From the UHGV virus genome UHGV-1586583: 39,678 nucleotides of DNA, one strand, 5' to 3'. The DNA is from a virus. A model generated the notes under the pieces. The model was not told the origin of the DNA, made no database searches, and saw only the letters and a list, made by a program, of their open reading frames with translations. Below, one piece after another: positions 9,486 to 22,014 of this stretch (position 1 is its first letter; each line of letters starts with the position of its first letter). A program made the position numbers and the translations under genes.

Positions 9486-10266
9486 TTTCCACCTCTTCCG
9501 TGGTGTTTTCTTGCAGTTCTGTTAATGCAGCACGACATAGGTTCCGGGCATTGGCTATAGCCACACTTTTGACTTCATCCGTCATCGTGCAGGTAATGTA
9601 CTGATCGAGTTCTTCAGCGCGGATGATGCTTTTGCCAATCAGAAACTGTATTTGCCAGAGCAGATCGGCATCCATAATCAGAATTTCTGCCGGGCCTTCA
9701 GGGCCAGCCGGGAAGGAAACATAAGACTGTTTGCCCAGGCCGACAACTCGACAACTTGCTTCAAGAATTGCGCGCTTGAGGTCTGACTTTATAACGGAAA
9801 CAGGTTGATTTTCACCAGTGATTACGCCGTTGACATGGAAAGGCATGTAGCTTGAAATACGCTCCACTTTCCACACGCCAGCAAGCGATCCTTCATGCAG
9901 CACAATGGGGGTAACCGCGAGTTTCATCTCACCATATAGCTGCTGGCAGATAGCTGGATTGCTGAATACATCTAAAGGCTCACATTCAAACAGCGGCGCA
10001 ATCTGCATGAGGTCCATCATGGTCATCCCTGGAGTACGAGCAGTAATGAATCTGCGCATACCAGTATCCATTGCGCTCCAGATTGCTACACCATGCTTTT
10101 TGCTCACTTCTTCAGTAAAGCCAAGGTGGCACATGATGGTTTTTTCGATAGCCAGATCGGAGATAGAAACCTTTTCGCCAGGTACACCATCATTATTGAT
10201 GGTCACTTCGACACTCTGGCCATTACGCAGGCGGTATTGAATTGTTTTAGTATTTTGTGCTGCCAT
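9478..10266 (-). CDS. Hypothetical protein, operonic partner of the PacB-like gene
   Basis: ORF overlaps the start of the downstream PacB-like gene by 8 nt. The track extends it to a TTG at 10386 (302 aa); I prefer the ATG at 10266 (MAAQNTK..., about 262 aa) because a separate small ORF ends 15 nt upstream. Confidence 0.45.
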   Translation of the reverse strand: MAAQNTKTIQYRLRNGQSVEVTINNDGVPGEKVSISDLAIEKTIMCHLGFTEEVSKKHGVAIWSAMDTGMRRFITARTPGMTMMDLMQIAPLFECEPLDVFSNPAICQQLYGEMKLAVTPIVLHEGSLAGVWKVERISSYMPFHVNGVITGENQPVSVIKSDLKRAILEASCRVVGLGKQSYVSFPAGPEGPAEILIMDADLLWQIQFLIGKSIIRAEELDQYITCTMTDEVKSVAIANARNLCRAALTELQENTTEEVESD

Positions 10267-10280
10267 AGTCTTTTCTCTGC

Positions 10281-10463
10281 TTAAAAACTGATGTATTGCG
10301 CCTTCAGGTGGGTCAGGAATGTTTTCCCACCAGCGAAAGCAATATCTCGGGGTGTTCTGTTCGTTAAAAACGCGTTCCATTGCCAACTTTGGCGTTTTTT
10401 AGCGAGTTCGTGCTTTTGTTGGCGTTTGGACCACCGCTTTTCTTTCAGTCGTTTTTTACTCAT
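10281..10463 (-). CDS. Small highly basic protein, possibly coupled to ssb
   Basis: 60-aa Lys/Arg-rich ORF (MSKKRLKEKRWSKRQQKHELAKKRQ...) starting 5 nt after the ssb stop codon. It is mutually exclusive with the 302-aa extension of the neighbouring gene. Confidence 0.3.
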   Translation of the reverse strand: MSKKRLKEKRWSKRQQKHELAKKRQSWQWNAFLTNRTPRDIAFAGGKTFLTHLKAQYISF

Positions 10464-10468
10464 AAACT

Positions 10469-10957
10469 CTAAAACGGAATATCGTCTTCAAAGTCCATTG
10501 GAGGTTCGTTATTGGCGCTGCTCTGAGGTTTGCCACCACCGCTGTATTGCTGGTGGTTTTGAGGTTGGTTTGACTGCCCCCAGCCATTTGAGGACTGTGA
10601 ATCGTCGCGGCGAGCGCCGATCATTTGCATGGTGCCGCCCTGGCTGACGATAATTTCCGTCGTGTAACGTTCTACACCGGCGTCATCTGTCCACTTACGG
10701 GTTTTAAGTTTCCCTTCGATGTAGACCTGAGAACCTTTTCGTAAATACTCACTCGCAATTTCAGCAAGTTTTCCGAACAAAACGACTTTATGCCATTCTG
10801 TTTGCTCTTTCTGTTGGCCCGTTTGCTTGTCGCGCCATGATTCATTCGTTGCGATGCTGAGTCTTCCGACCGCGCCGCCATTTGGTATATACCTGATCTC
10901 CGGGTCTTGCCCCAGGGTACCAATCAGGATGACTTTGTTTACACCGCGTTGTGCCAC
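10469..10957 (-). CDS. ssb: Single-stranded DNA-binding protein
   Basis: [23 protein letters not shown]...[14 protein letters not shown]...GGTMQM...DDIPF: OB-fold SSB with the conserved acidic C-terminal tail. Confidence 0.92.
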   Translation of the reverse strand: MAQRGVNKVILIGTLGQDPEIRYIPNGGAVGRLSIATNESWRDKQTGQQKEQTEWHKVVLFGKLAEIASEYLRKGSQVYIEGKLKTRKWTDDAGVERYTTEIIVSQGGTMQMIGARRDDSQSSNGWGQSNQPQNHQQYSGGGKPQSSANNEPPMDFEDDIPF

Positions 10958-10976
10958 TTATCTTACCTAATAAAAT

Positions 10977-10993
10977 AAATTAATTAGAGCAAT
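10977..10993 (-). promoter_or_regulatory. C1 repressor operator (ATTGCTCTAATTAATTT)
   Basis: 16 of 17 match to the P1 C1 operator consensus ATTGCTCTAATAAATTT as I recall it, in the divergent ssb/lyz intergenic region 20 bp upstream of the ssb start. Confidence 0.6.
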
Positions 10994-11125
10994 AATGTAT
11001 ATCTTTGAAACGTAGCTAACAAGTGATTTGCATTATCCTGTGTCTTCTAAAGGGATCGAGTCAGTCGGTATTGGCTGTGAATGGGTGTTTGTCCTGGAGC
11101 GTAAAAATTCGCTTATGAGGTCTTT

Positions 11126-11683
11126 ATGAAGGGAAAAACAGCCGCAGGAGGCGGTGCAATTTGCGCTATCGCGGTGATGATTACCATCGTGATGGGTAAT
11201 GGCAATGTGCGAACCAACCAGGCGGGGCTTGAGCTTATCGGAAACGCTGAAGGTTGCCGACGTGACCCATACATGTGCCCGGCGGGTGTATGGACTGACG
11301 GGATTGGTAATACACACGGGGTAACGCCGGGCGTGCGAAAAACCGACCAGCAAATCGCCGCTGATTGGGAAAAGAATATCCTGATCGCTGAACGCTGTAT
11401 TAACCAGCACTTCCGGGGCAAAGACATGCCCGATAATGCCTTTAGCGCAATGACAAGCGCGGCATTCAATATGGGATGCAATAGTTTACGGACCTACTAC
11501 AGCAAAGCGCGAGGCATGCGAGTAGAAACGTCCATCCACAAGTGGGCGCAGAAAGGAGAATGGGTGAATATGTGTAACCATCTCCCTGATTTCGTGAACA
11601 GTAACGGCGTGCCCCTGCGAGGTTTAAAGATTCGCCGTGAAAAAGAACGCCAGCTTTGCCTGACGGGACTGGTCAATGAATAA
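11126..11683 (+). CDS. lyz: Endolysin Lyz (lysozyme-like, with N-terminal signal-anchor-release segment)
   Basis: 185 aa with N-terminal hydrophobic stretch (GGGAICAIAVMITIVMG) followed by a lysozyme-like domain, as in the P1 SAR endolysin. Confidence 0.85.
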   Translation: MKGKTAAGGGAICAIAVMITIVMGNGNVRTNQAGLELIGNAEGCRRDPYMCPAGVWTDGIGNTHGVTPGVRKTDQQIAADWEKNILIAERCINQHFRGKDMPDNAFSAMTSAAFNMGCNSLRTYYSKARGMRVETSIHKWAQKGEWVNMCNHLPDFVNSNGVPLRGLKIRREKERQLCLTGLVNE

Positions 11684-11930
11684 ACTCCGGCAGCTCCGCC
11701 GACTTTCGACAATGAAGTTATCGCTGGCGGCGATAGTTTTCGACTCGATTTTCATGGCGGTATATGTGCTCAATGAGACGTGGCCACTGGAACCGCTATT
11801 ATATGCCGGGCTTCGGCTGTGCCTGACATTTTTGAGCATGGCTGCAAGATTGATGCAGCAGAAAGAAACCGCTTCAGATTGCCCACGTCGCGCGGTGCGA
11901 AAATATATGGCACGCAGACGAAGGCGATAA
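11676..11930 (+). CDS. Small membrane protein downstream of lyz, possibly holin or spanin-like
   Basis: 84-aa ORF overlapping the lyz stop, hydrophobic core and strongly basic C-terminus (RRAVRKYMARRRRR). Confidence 0.4.
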   Translation: MNKLRQLRRLSTMKLSLAAIVFDSIFMAVYVLNETWPLEPLLYAGLRLCLTFLSMAARLMQQKETASDCPRRAVRKYMARRRRR

Positions 11931-11941
11931 TAGTTAACGAG

Positions 11942-11969
11942 AACCCCGGCAGCCGCCGGGGTTATTTTT
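11942..11969 (+). terminator. Rho-independent terminator after the lyz cluster
   Basis: CCCCGGC-AGCC-GCCGGGG hairpin followed by TTATTTTT, between convergent lyz-cluster and pro genes. Confidence 0.7.
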
Positions 11970-11974
11970 GATGG

Positions 11975-14705
<2,731 letters not shown>

Positions 14706-14772
14706 TTAATTAGAATAATTCGCATCGTGTTTGAACGGAAATTTAACACTAGTCACTTGTTAAGGATTACCA

Positions 14773-17700
14773 ATGAACAAGCTATCTATGGGGGTATTTC
14801 GCTGTTCAAGTGTCAGCGAAATATTGAAATACATTAGGGCAATAACATCTCACCGAGCGCCGATTAAATACGGCGTGGAAAAGGTGGAAGGCAAAAGCTA
14901 TGACCGACTGCGCCGTGAGGCGAATCAGAAGGCGATAGATTTGCTTAATTCGCTGGTGGACGGCGCGACACTGACAGATGAACAGCGCCAGATCCTGGCT
15001 GGGTACACCGGTGAAGGCGGCATTGGCGGGTCCGTCTCCGAATATTACACACCAAAGCCGATCGCTGAAGGTGTCTGGGAGATCATGAAGCTCTACGGCG
15101 CGGACGTAGGTAACACTCTGGAACCATCGGCGGGCACCGGCGTTTTTAATGAGACAAAACCGGTTGGTACGGTGATGACCGCGACTGAGATCAGCAGTGT
15201 TTCCGGTCGTATAAACCAGCTGTTACATCCGGAAGACAGCGTACAGATTTCCCCGTTCGAACAACTGGCTGTAAGCACGCCTAACGATTCATTTGACCAT
15301 GTTGTGGGTAACGTTCCGTTCGGTGGTCGTGATAACACACGCAACATCGATAAGCCTTACGCAGAAGAAACGGACATGGGTTCTTACTTCATGCTCCGCA
15401 TGCTGGACAAGATAAAGCCAGGCGGATTCATGTGCGTGATTGTGCCGCCGTCCATTGTTTCAGGTTCAAACATGAAGCGGTTACGCCTGCGCCTATCACG
15501 GAAAGCTGAATTTCTTGGTGCCCACCGCTTGCCTACCGGTACTTTTGACGCAAACGGGACCAGTACGGTCGTTGACGTGGTGCTGATGCGCAAACATCCG
15601 GCGGAGATGGCTGAGAAAATCCCCCTGGTGGATGAAGGCACTCTTGAATCGGCAAATGTGCTTTGGCCAACGTTTATTTCTGGCAAGTGGTTTGAAAAGG
15701 ACGGCCGCCGGTTTGTTCATGGCACTCAGGAGAAGGGATTCCAGGGGCGTATTGAGGTTCGTGCCGACGGGCAGATTGATAACCAGGCTCTTAAAGCGAA
15801 GCTGATTCATCGTTTCGAAAGTCGTATCGACTGGTCTTTGCTCGATATGGCTGAACCGTCACCGACCGCAGATGTTGTTGATGAAGGGGAAATGCGCCTG
15901 ATTAATGGCGTATGGCAAAAATATGCTGGTGGTCGCTGGATTGAAGCTGATGCCGGGAAGGAGCTGAAGATTGAGGTTGCCAGTTATGGCGCGGATAGCT
16001 GGGAGGCTCTTCAGCGTAACCTGACTACAACAGAAGGCCGTCTCGGTATGACATTTACCCAGATGGCAAATGTCCGCGATAAGTACACCACATCAATCAG
16101 CGACGATATGGTGCAGCTGGTGGACTGGATTAACAGCCAGCCTGAAAAATACCGTGAACGCTTGTATCGTGGGGCGATGATTGGCCGGATGTTAATTGAA
16201 TATCAGGACATGAAGGCCGCCGGGCATAGTGCTGAACAAATCGAACAGCAGCGCCTTTCTCTGGTATCCCGTTTGCAGGCAGAGATTGACCGTTTTGGTA
16301 ACCCCGGTCGCGGTCCGATAGCGAAATTATCGGGGAGCGGTGCGCGCGCCTGGTTTGCTTTCCGTGGTGCAATTAAGCTGGATGGCACTATTTCTGACGA
16401 GCTGACAGGAAAACTGGTTACGCATGATTCCAGCGCCAGTTATGACTCCACCAGCTATCAGGACACCCTGCGTTATCTCTACAGTGATCTCACTCGCGAT
16501 CCAATCCAGCTCGATGATTTCCGCCTTGCGTTTACCGGCGAACTGCCAGCCAGTGATGACGAGTTGCTTAATTTATTGGCCAGCACCCCTGGCATTGCGG
16601 TTTCACCGTATGGCGGGATTGTTCCGTTCGCCCGCGCCACCAGCGGCGACATTAACGAGATAGTGGCTCCAAAGCAGGAATTCCTCGCCACGCTCCCCGA
16701 CGGTCCAGTAAAGAACAACGTCCTTAATCAGCTGGCAGCGATCGAAGAGAAGCGCATCAAGACGCCAGCAGAGAATATCCGGTTTAAGCTCAATAGCCGT
16801 TGGTTCGACCGTTCCGTGATTCTGGAATTTTTGCAGGAAAACGGCTATCCGGATCTGCGCTATGTGCAGTCAGTGCAGCTGGAAGGCGACGAAATGGTTT
16901 CTGACACCTATCACGGTGGTGATGGTCTGTTCGTCGGGCACCGATACGGTGTCGTCCAGCGCAAGGATAAAGAAACAGGCGAGATCCGCTACGAGTGGGA
17001 CCGTAAATCAGGTGAAAACGCGACCGGGTTCCCGGCACAGCTGGAAAAGTATCTCAATGGTGCGCGTATCGGTGGCAAAGATAGCGCGACGGCGAACGGC
17101 TACCGCGAGCAGATGGCACTGCTTGAGGACCAGTTCAATAAGTGGATCAAGACGCACGATCGCTACGATGAGCTGGTTGCCAAATACAACGATGTGTTCA
17201 ATAGCAATATCCCGTATGAACACTCTGGCGATCCGCTTGGGTTGAAGGGATTAAGCGGTAAGCGCCAGCCATTTGATTACCAGAATAGCGAGGTGCGCCG
17301 ACTGTCCGAAGATGGGCGCGGCATCCTGGGCTTCGGCACCGGGCTGGGTAAAACCACGACCGCGCTGGCGCTTGAGGCGTTCAACTATGAGAACGGTCGC
17401 TCCACCCGTACTGCGTATGTAGTGCCTAAATCAGTGCTGGAAAACTGGTATTACGAAGCAAAAGAATTCCTGAGTGAAGAGGCATTCAGTAACTACCTGT
17501 TCGTCGGTCTTGATGTGCTGATGGATGGCGATCAGATTCGCCAGGTGCCGGTGCTCGATGAGAACGGTAAACCTGTTCTTGGTACTGATGGCACTCCAGT
17601 TATGCGCGATGCTCTTAAGCTGGCAGATGAAGCCACTATCACGGCGCGGATGAACGCGATCCCGCACTCAAATTACCGTGCAGTCGTGTTTACCAAAGAA

Positions 17701-20700
17701 CAATACGCCCGCATTCCGCTACGTGATGACACCGTAGATGAGCATGCACAGGATATGCTTTATGACTTCGTTGCCGCCGGGCGCGTAGCCAGCGCAATGG
17801 ACTCCGACTCCCACCGCAAAGAGGCCGCGCGTCGCCGGGTATTGTCGGAGTATTCAGATACCGGCACCGAAAAAGCAGAGAAGTATCCGTACTTTGAGGA
17901 TATGGGCTTCGATAGTGTGATCGCTGACGAAGGTCACAACTACCGCAATAGCTATAAAAATGGTCGCGAAGCGTCACAACTGGCCTATCTGCCCACCAGC
18001 GCGGTGGCGCAATCGGCGCGGGATATGGCAATTAAAAACGCGTACCTGATGAAAAAGAATGGTGGGCGCGGACCGGTTCTCCTGACTGCAACGCCAGTCG
18101 TTAACACCCCGATCGATGCATACAACATGCTTTCTCATGTTCTGCCGAAGGAATACTGGCAGAAGATGGGGATCTACAGTCCTGATGACTTCGTAAAATT
18201 CTTCGGCAAGACCAGGCTGGAAACGGTACAGAAAATCAGCGGTGAAGTTGAAGAAAAAATGGCGCTGGTGGGCTTTGAAAACCTTGATGCGCTGCGCGGC
18301 ATATTCCATCGCTGGACAACGCTTAAAACGGCGGAAGACGTTAAGGATACCGTGGAGATCCCGGAACTGGACGAACACCAGCAGGATGCACCACTTACGG
18401 AAGAACAACTGGCGGCGTATGAAGAATTGCGTCAGCAGGCGGAAGCGGCAGCCAAAGCCAACAATGGCGTAACGACCTCGGTCAATGAAGACGGCGTGAT
18501 TGAGCACGAGAAAGCCCGTCCGATCTTCTCAATAATCAGGGATATGGACCGCGTATGTACTGACATGGACCTGTACTATCGCAGGATCACCTATCGTTTC
18601 CTGCCGGAGTACGCCGATGCGGTGCAGCAGCTGGCGGACAGTTTGCCTAAACAAGCCACCAGCGAAGACGACGACAGTGATGATTCGATCACGCAGCAAT
18701 CGCAATACTCCCTGATAGATAAGGGCGAGTTTATTCAGTTGCAGGTACCGGAAGCATTTGAGCAGGAAGTGAATAAGCGCCTGGCCAAGTTTGGCATTGA
18801 CGAACAGACCGTAACTCACCCCGTTACGCCCAAATACGCGAAGCTGATTGCCACGCTGAAGGAGTTTTTCCCGGAAGGTAAGCAAATCATCTTCACCGAT
18901 GAAAAAACGCAACACCAGAAGCTCAAGCGCATTATCTGCAATGCTCTTAACCTTGAACCTTCAAAGGTGGGGATCCTGAATGCTCAGACGGTTGCCGAGG
19001 CAGGTAAAACCGGTAAGAAACTGAAAGCGGTTAAACCACCGAAAGAGCTACCGGATGAACCAACAGATGCACAGATAGCGAAATACAACGAGCAAATGGC
19101 TCTGTATGACGCCTATATCGCGCAGCAAAATGAAATGTCGCTGGGTGGGCTGGAAAAGATTGCTGCCGACTTCCAGGAGGGCCGGACTCCGATCATCATC
19201 TGCAACAAAAAGGCAGAGGTGGGTATCAACCTGCATCGAGGAACGACTGACATCCATCATCTGACGTTGCCATGGACACCAGCCAGTATCGCACAGCGTA
19301 ACGGTCGCGGTGCCCGAGTTGGTTCCAACCGTGCAAGCGTTCGCGTTCACTACTACTGCGGCAAGGGTTCTTTCGATGAATACCGACTGAAGACGCTGAA
19401 GCGTAAAGCAGGCTGGATCTCCGATATCCTCCGCTCAGATAAGTCTGAAATGGAGAACGCCGACGCCAACGATATGATCGAAATGCAGATGTATACCGCT
19501 AAGGATGATGGCGAACGTCTGGCAATGATGCAGGTTCAAATGGATAAGGCGAAAGCCGCGCAACGCGCTCGCCAGAAAGAACAGGCTACTATCGACCTTC
19601 AGAACTACATCAAGGCGCAGCACGCAGCTGGCGAGGATGTGGAGGTACTTACCGCTGAATTAGAGCGAAGCAAAGCGGAACTTGAAAAGACCACCGCCGA
19701 GGTAGCTAAATTCAAACAGGCGGCAATGGCCAAGGCAGCGGATAACGCAGACTGGAAGGCCCGCTGGGGGAGTGTCCATCACACAGACCGTATGTTGTTA
19801 GCACAGTATCGCGCGTCGTTGAAAAGCGCCATTCAGCGCAAGGCTAATATCTCTCAAGCCATCTCCCGCTATGAGAAATTATTGAACCGTACTCAGAAGG
19901 CCGCGACGGATATCAAACGCCTGCGCCCGCTGGTGGAGGATGCAATAAATAAAGGCATTCTGGATGTAGATCCTGACCTGGTTAACCATGCGAGTGAGTT
20001 CCTTGTTATCGGCGATCGCTCATGGCGTGTAGGCCAATACTACGATTGTGCCGGTGATATCGTTCGCATTAAGTCGCTGGACTTCGACAGCCAGCGCGCA
20101 GACGTGGAGATCATCTTTACCTTCAAAGGCACCAAATCGGGTAACTGGGATGTGAAGACGCTGGATAAACAGGTGGATGTAACTCCCGATGAAGATGCTG
20201 TTATGCAGAAAATCAGTGGTGGCGTCTCCATCGCCGGGATTAACGACATCATTTCCTGTGACGATTTCTACCGTTTCCAGCAGCGCGGCATGATCAAAAT
20301 CACTGACTCATACGGCGTTCAGACTACAGAGTCAGGCTATAGCATTGATTTTGTTGGCACCTATACGGACCCACTGAAGCATGCGGTTTACCCGGATCGC
20401 CGTGACGGCGCGCTGAAGTCGTCAATTGCAAAATGGGTGCTTGGTATGATGTCGGAAGGGAATAACCGCCAGATCCGTTCGGCAGAAACATTCCTGGTTG
20501 AATTGTTTGGCTCCAATTATGGCGATGTAATCGCGTCATACGGAGATACGCTATCCCCTGAAGCAATTCAGGAGAAAATAGCGGATGCGATCGCCAGAAT
20601 GCCGGAAAAAACAAGCCAGGGGTCTACTCGTAACGGGGATTCTGAACTTGAAGTCACCAATGCCATTTTCGGTACCAATGAGTTCCGGGCGTCAGATTAT

Positions 20701-21540
20701 GAGATCACCACAGCACAGTTTGGCACCATTGGCATTTACAGCAATAAAGACGAGATCAAGCAGGCAATGGACGCAGCAAGTGCGCGCATTGCAGCAGAAC
20801 GGAAAGCCAATCTGAATCATGCAGTCGCCGCGCTGACTCAATCGTGGGTAACAGCAATCAGGGAGGCCGCCACCACAGGAAAAATCACACCGGCAATTGC
20901 GGATGTCGTAAACGACGGCTCTAAATTTATGGATGCCTATCAAATGGATGCGGTGAAGTTGCCATCAGCCTATGGTCAACTCAGCTATCGCATGACCTAC
21001 AACCTGGTATCAATGTTTTCCGACCTTGCCATCCTTGGGCTGGTGGATCTTAACGAGGTTACGCCGGAATTGCTCAGCATGCGCAAGAATCATGTGGAGA
21101 TATTGCAGAGAGTTAACACGGTTCTTGCCGGACGCACCGATGAAGAGAAACAGGCCGACGCTGATCGGATAAACCTGGCCCTTGGCAACATCACGGAGGA
21201 AGAAATTGCCGCCAGAAACGAGAAACAAGAAGAGTTATCATCAATACAGGGTGATGCCACCAGCATAGCTCAGTCTCTTGGTCTGAATTATCGCGTATCC
21301 ACCGCCGACCTGAAGATGATGTACGCACCAAAATTCGCCGCTGGCGAGGTATTTGGGCTTCAGGAAGCCTCAGGCATGAAAGGCGTTCTTTTCCGTGCGA
21401 AAGACGCAATCAAGGCGAAATTCGGCGCTCGCTGGCTGCCAGCGAAGGCGAAGAACAGCGATTTCCCGGGTAACTGGTGGATTATCGAGACAAAACACAA
21501 CGTGGCGGACGTTCTGGCCGTCATCCAACAATACGCATAA
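14773..21540 (+). CDS. darB: DarB, giant virion-packaged antirestriction protein (methyltransferase plus helicase domains)
   Basis: 2255-aa ORF, matching the length I recall for P1 DarB. N-terminal AdoMet-MTase-like motifs (EPSAGTGVF, VVGNVPFG); helicase Walker A GFGTGLGKTT and DEGH box (IADEGHNYRN). SD AAGGA upstream of the ATG. Confidence 0.85.
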   Translation: MNKLSMGVFRCSSVSEILKYIRAITSHRAPIKYGVEKVEGKSYDRLRREANQKAIDLLNSLVDGATLTDEQRQILAGYTGEGGIGGSVSEYYTPKPIAEGVWEIMKLYGADVGNTLEPSAGTGVFNETKPVGTVMTATEISSVSGRINQLLHPEDSVQISPFEQLAVSTPNDSFDHVVGNVPFGGRDNTRNIDKPYAEETDMGSYFMLRMLDKIKPGGFMCVIVPPSIVSGSNMKRLRLRLSRKAEFLGAHRLPTGTFDANGTSTVVDVVLMRKHPAEMAEKIPLVDEGTLESANVLWPTFISGKWFEKDGRRFVHGTQEKGFQGRIEVRADGQIDNQALKAKLIHRFESRIDWSLLDMAEPSPTADVVDEGEMRLINGVWQKYAGGRWIEADAGKELKIEVASYGADSWEALQRNLTTTEGRLGMTFTQMANVRDKYTTSISDDMVQLVDWINSQPEKYRERLYRGAMIGRMLIEYQDMKAAGHSAEQIEQQRLSLVSRLQAEIDRFGNPGRGPIAKLSGSGARAWFAFRGAIKLDGTISDELTGKLVTHDSSASYDSTSYQDTLRYLYSDLTRDPIQLDDFRLAFTGELPASDDELLNLLASTPGIAVSPYGGIVPFARATSGDINEIVAPKQEFLATLPDGPVKNNVLNQLAAIEEKRIKTPAENIRFKLNSRWFDRSVILEFLQENGYPDLRYVQSVQLEGDEMVSDTYHGGDGLFVGHRYGVVQRKDKETGEIRYEWDRKSGENATGFPAQLEKYLNGARIGGKDSATANGYREQMALLEDQFNKWIKTHDRYDELVAKYNDVFNSNIPYEHSGDPLGLKGLSGKRQPFDYQNSEVRRLSEDGRGILGFGTGLGKTTTALALEAFNYENGRSTRTAYVVPKSVLENWYYEAKEFLSEEAFSNYLFVGLDVLMDGDQIRQVPVLDENGKPVLGTDGTPVMRDALKLADEATITARMNAIPHSNYRAVVFTKEQYARIPLRDDTVDEHAQDMLYDFVAAGRVASAMDSDSHRKEAARRRVLSEYSDTGTEKAEKYPYFEDMGFDSVIADEGHNYRNSYKNGREASQLAYLPTSAVAQSARDMAIKNAYLMKKNGGRGPVLLTATPVVNTPIDAYNMLSHVLPKEYWQKMGIYSPDDFVKFFGKTRLETVQKISGEVEEKMALVGFENLDALRGIFHRWTTLKTAEDVKDTVEIPELDEHQQDAPLTEEQLAAYEELRQQAEAAAKANNGVTTSVNEDGVIEHEKARPIFSIIRDMDRVCTDMDLYYRRITYRFLPEYADAVQQLADSLPKQATSEDDDSDDSITQQSQYSLIDKGEFIQLQVPEAFEQEVNKRLAKFGIDEQTVTHPVTPKYAKLIATLKEFFPEGKQIIFTDEKTQHQKLKRIICNALNLEPSKVGILNAQTVAEAGKTGKKLKAVKPPKELPDEPTDAQIAKYNEQMALYDAYIAQQNEMSLGGLEKIAADFQEGRTPIIICNKKAEVGINLHRGTTDIHHLTLPWTPASIAQRNGRGARVGSNRASVRVHYYCGKGSFDEYRLKTLKRKAGWISDILRSDKSEMENADANDMIEMQMYTAKDDGERLAMMQVQMDKAKAAQRARQKEQATIDLQNYIKAQHAAGEDVEVLTAELERSKAELEKTTAEVAKFKQAAMAKAADNADWKARWGSVHHTDRMLLAQYRASLKSAIQRKANISQAISRYEKLLNRTQKAATDIKRLRPLVEDAINKGILDVDPDLVNHASEFLVIGDRSWRVGQYYDCAGDIVRIKSLDFDSQRADVEIIFTFKGTKSGNWDVKTLDKQVDVTPDEDAVMQKISGGVSIAGINDIISCDDFYRFQQRGMIKITDSYGVQTTESGYSIDFVGTYTDPLKHAVYPDRRDGALKSSIAKWVLGMMSEGNNRQIRSAETFLVELFGSNYGDVIASYGDTLSPEAIQEKIADAIARMPEKTSQGSTRNGDSELEVTNAIFGTNEFRASDYEITTAQFGTIGIYSNKDEIKQAMDAASARIAAERKANLNHAVAALTQSWVTAIREAATTGKITPAIADVVNDGSKFMDAYQMDAVKLPSAYGQLSYRMTYNLVSMFSDLAILGLVDLNEVTPELLSMRKNHVEILQRVNTVLAGRTDEEKQADADRINLALGNITEEEIAARNEKQEELSSIQGDATSIAQSLGLNYRVSTADLKMMYAPKFAAGEVFGLQEASGMKGVLFRAKDAIKAKFGARWLPAKAKNSDFPGNWWIIETKHNVADVLAVIQQYA

Positions 21541-21546
21541 CAGGAG

Positions 21547-21564
21547 CGCCCGGTTCGCCGGGCG
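21547..21564 (+). other. GC-rich hairpin with UUCG tetraloop in the darB-ulx intercistronic region
   Basis: CGCCCGG-TTCG-CCGGGCG sits between a GGAG motif at 21543..21546 and the ATG at 21574. Confidence 0.4.
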
Positions 21565-21573
21565 TCGCATAAT

Positions 21574-22014
21574 ATGGCCACACTATCTGATACAATAAAA
21601 CCGAATAAAACATATCTTGAGGCGGTACTGCGTACGGCATTGTTAGGAAAGACAGAAGACGAATACGTTGATTTCTTCCTGTCAGGGCTACGCGGGCGAT
21701 TACTGAAAAATCCCCGCCTGTACCGCAGCTATGGCCCATACTGGCCGGAAATTAAAAAATTATTACTGGAGCGCGGTTATGGTAATTTCGGTCGTCTCGT
21801 TGACCGTGACGTTCGCAAAATTTACCGTTATGACCGCCCGGCGCTGACACTCATAGCCGCGACGCTCTACAGCCAGGAGCGTTTTGATAATGGTCAGATA
21901 TACTCAGCCTGGCATTTACTGCCAGTGCCTGAAGAGGTTGACGACCAGGACTATGAGTTTGAGTCTTACGATTTGGAAGTTGAAGCCTTAGCACAGGCTG
22001 GAGAGAAAACTTGA
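21574..22014 (+). CDS. ulx: Ulx-like protein
   Basis: 146-aa ORF immediately downstream of darB and upstream of the putative lxc. Naming is by position only. Confidence 0.4.
   Translation: MATLSDTIKPNKTYLEAVLRTALLGKTEDEYVDFFLSGLRGRLLKNPRLYRSYGPYWPEIKKLLLERGYGNFGRLVDRDVRKIYRYDRPALTLIAATLYSQERFDNGQIYSAWHLLPVPEEVDDQDYEFESYDLEVEALAQAGEKT

Noticed and set aside
14773-21540. Numerous short ORFs on both strands inside darB
   Set aside because: All are embedded in or antisense to a continuous 2255-codon ORF with recognisable methyltransferase and helicase motifs; none has independent support.
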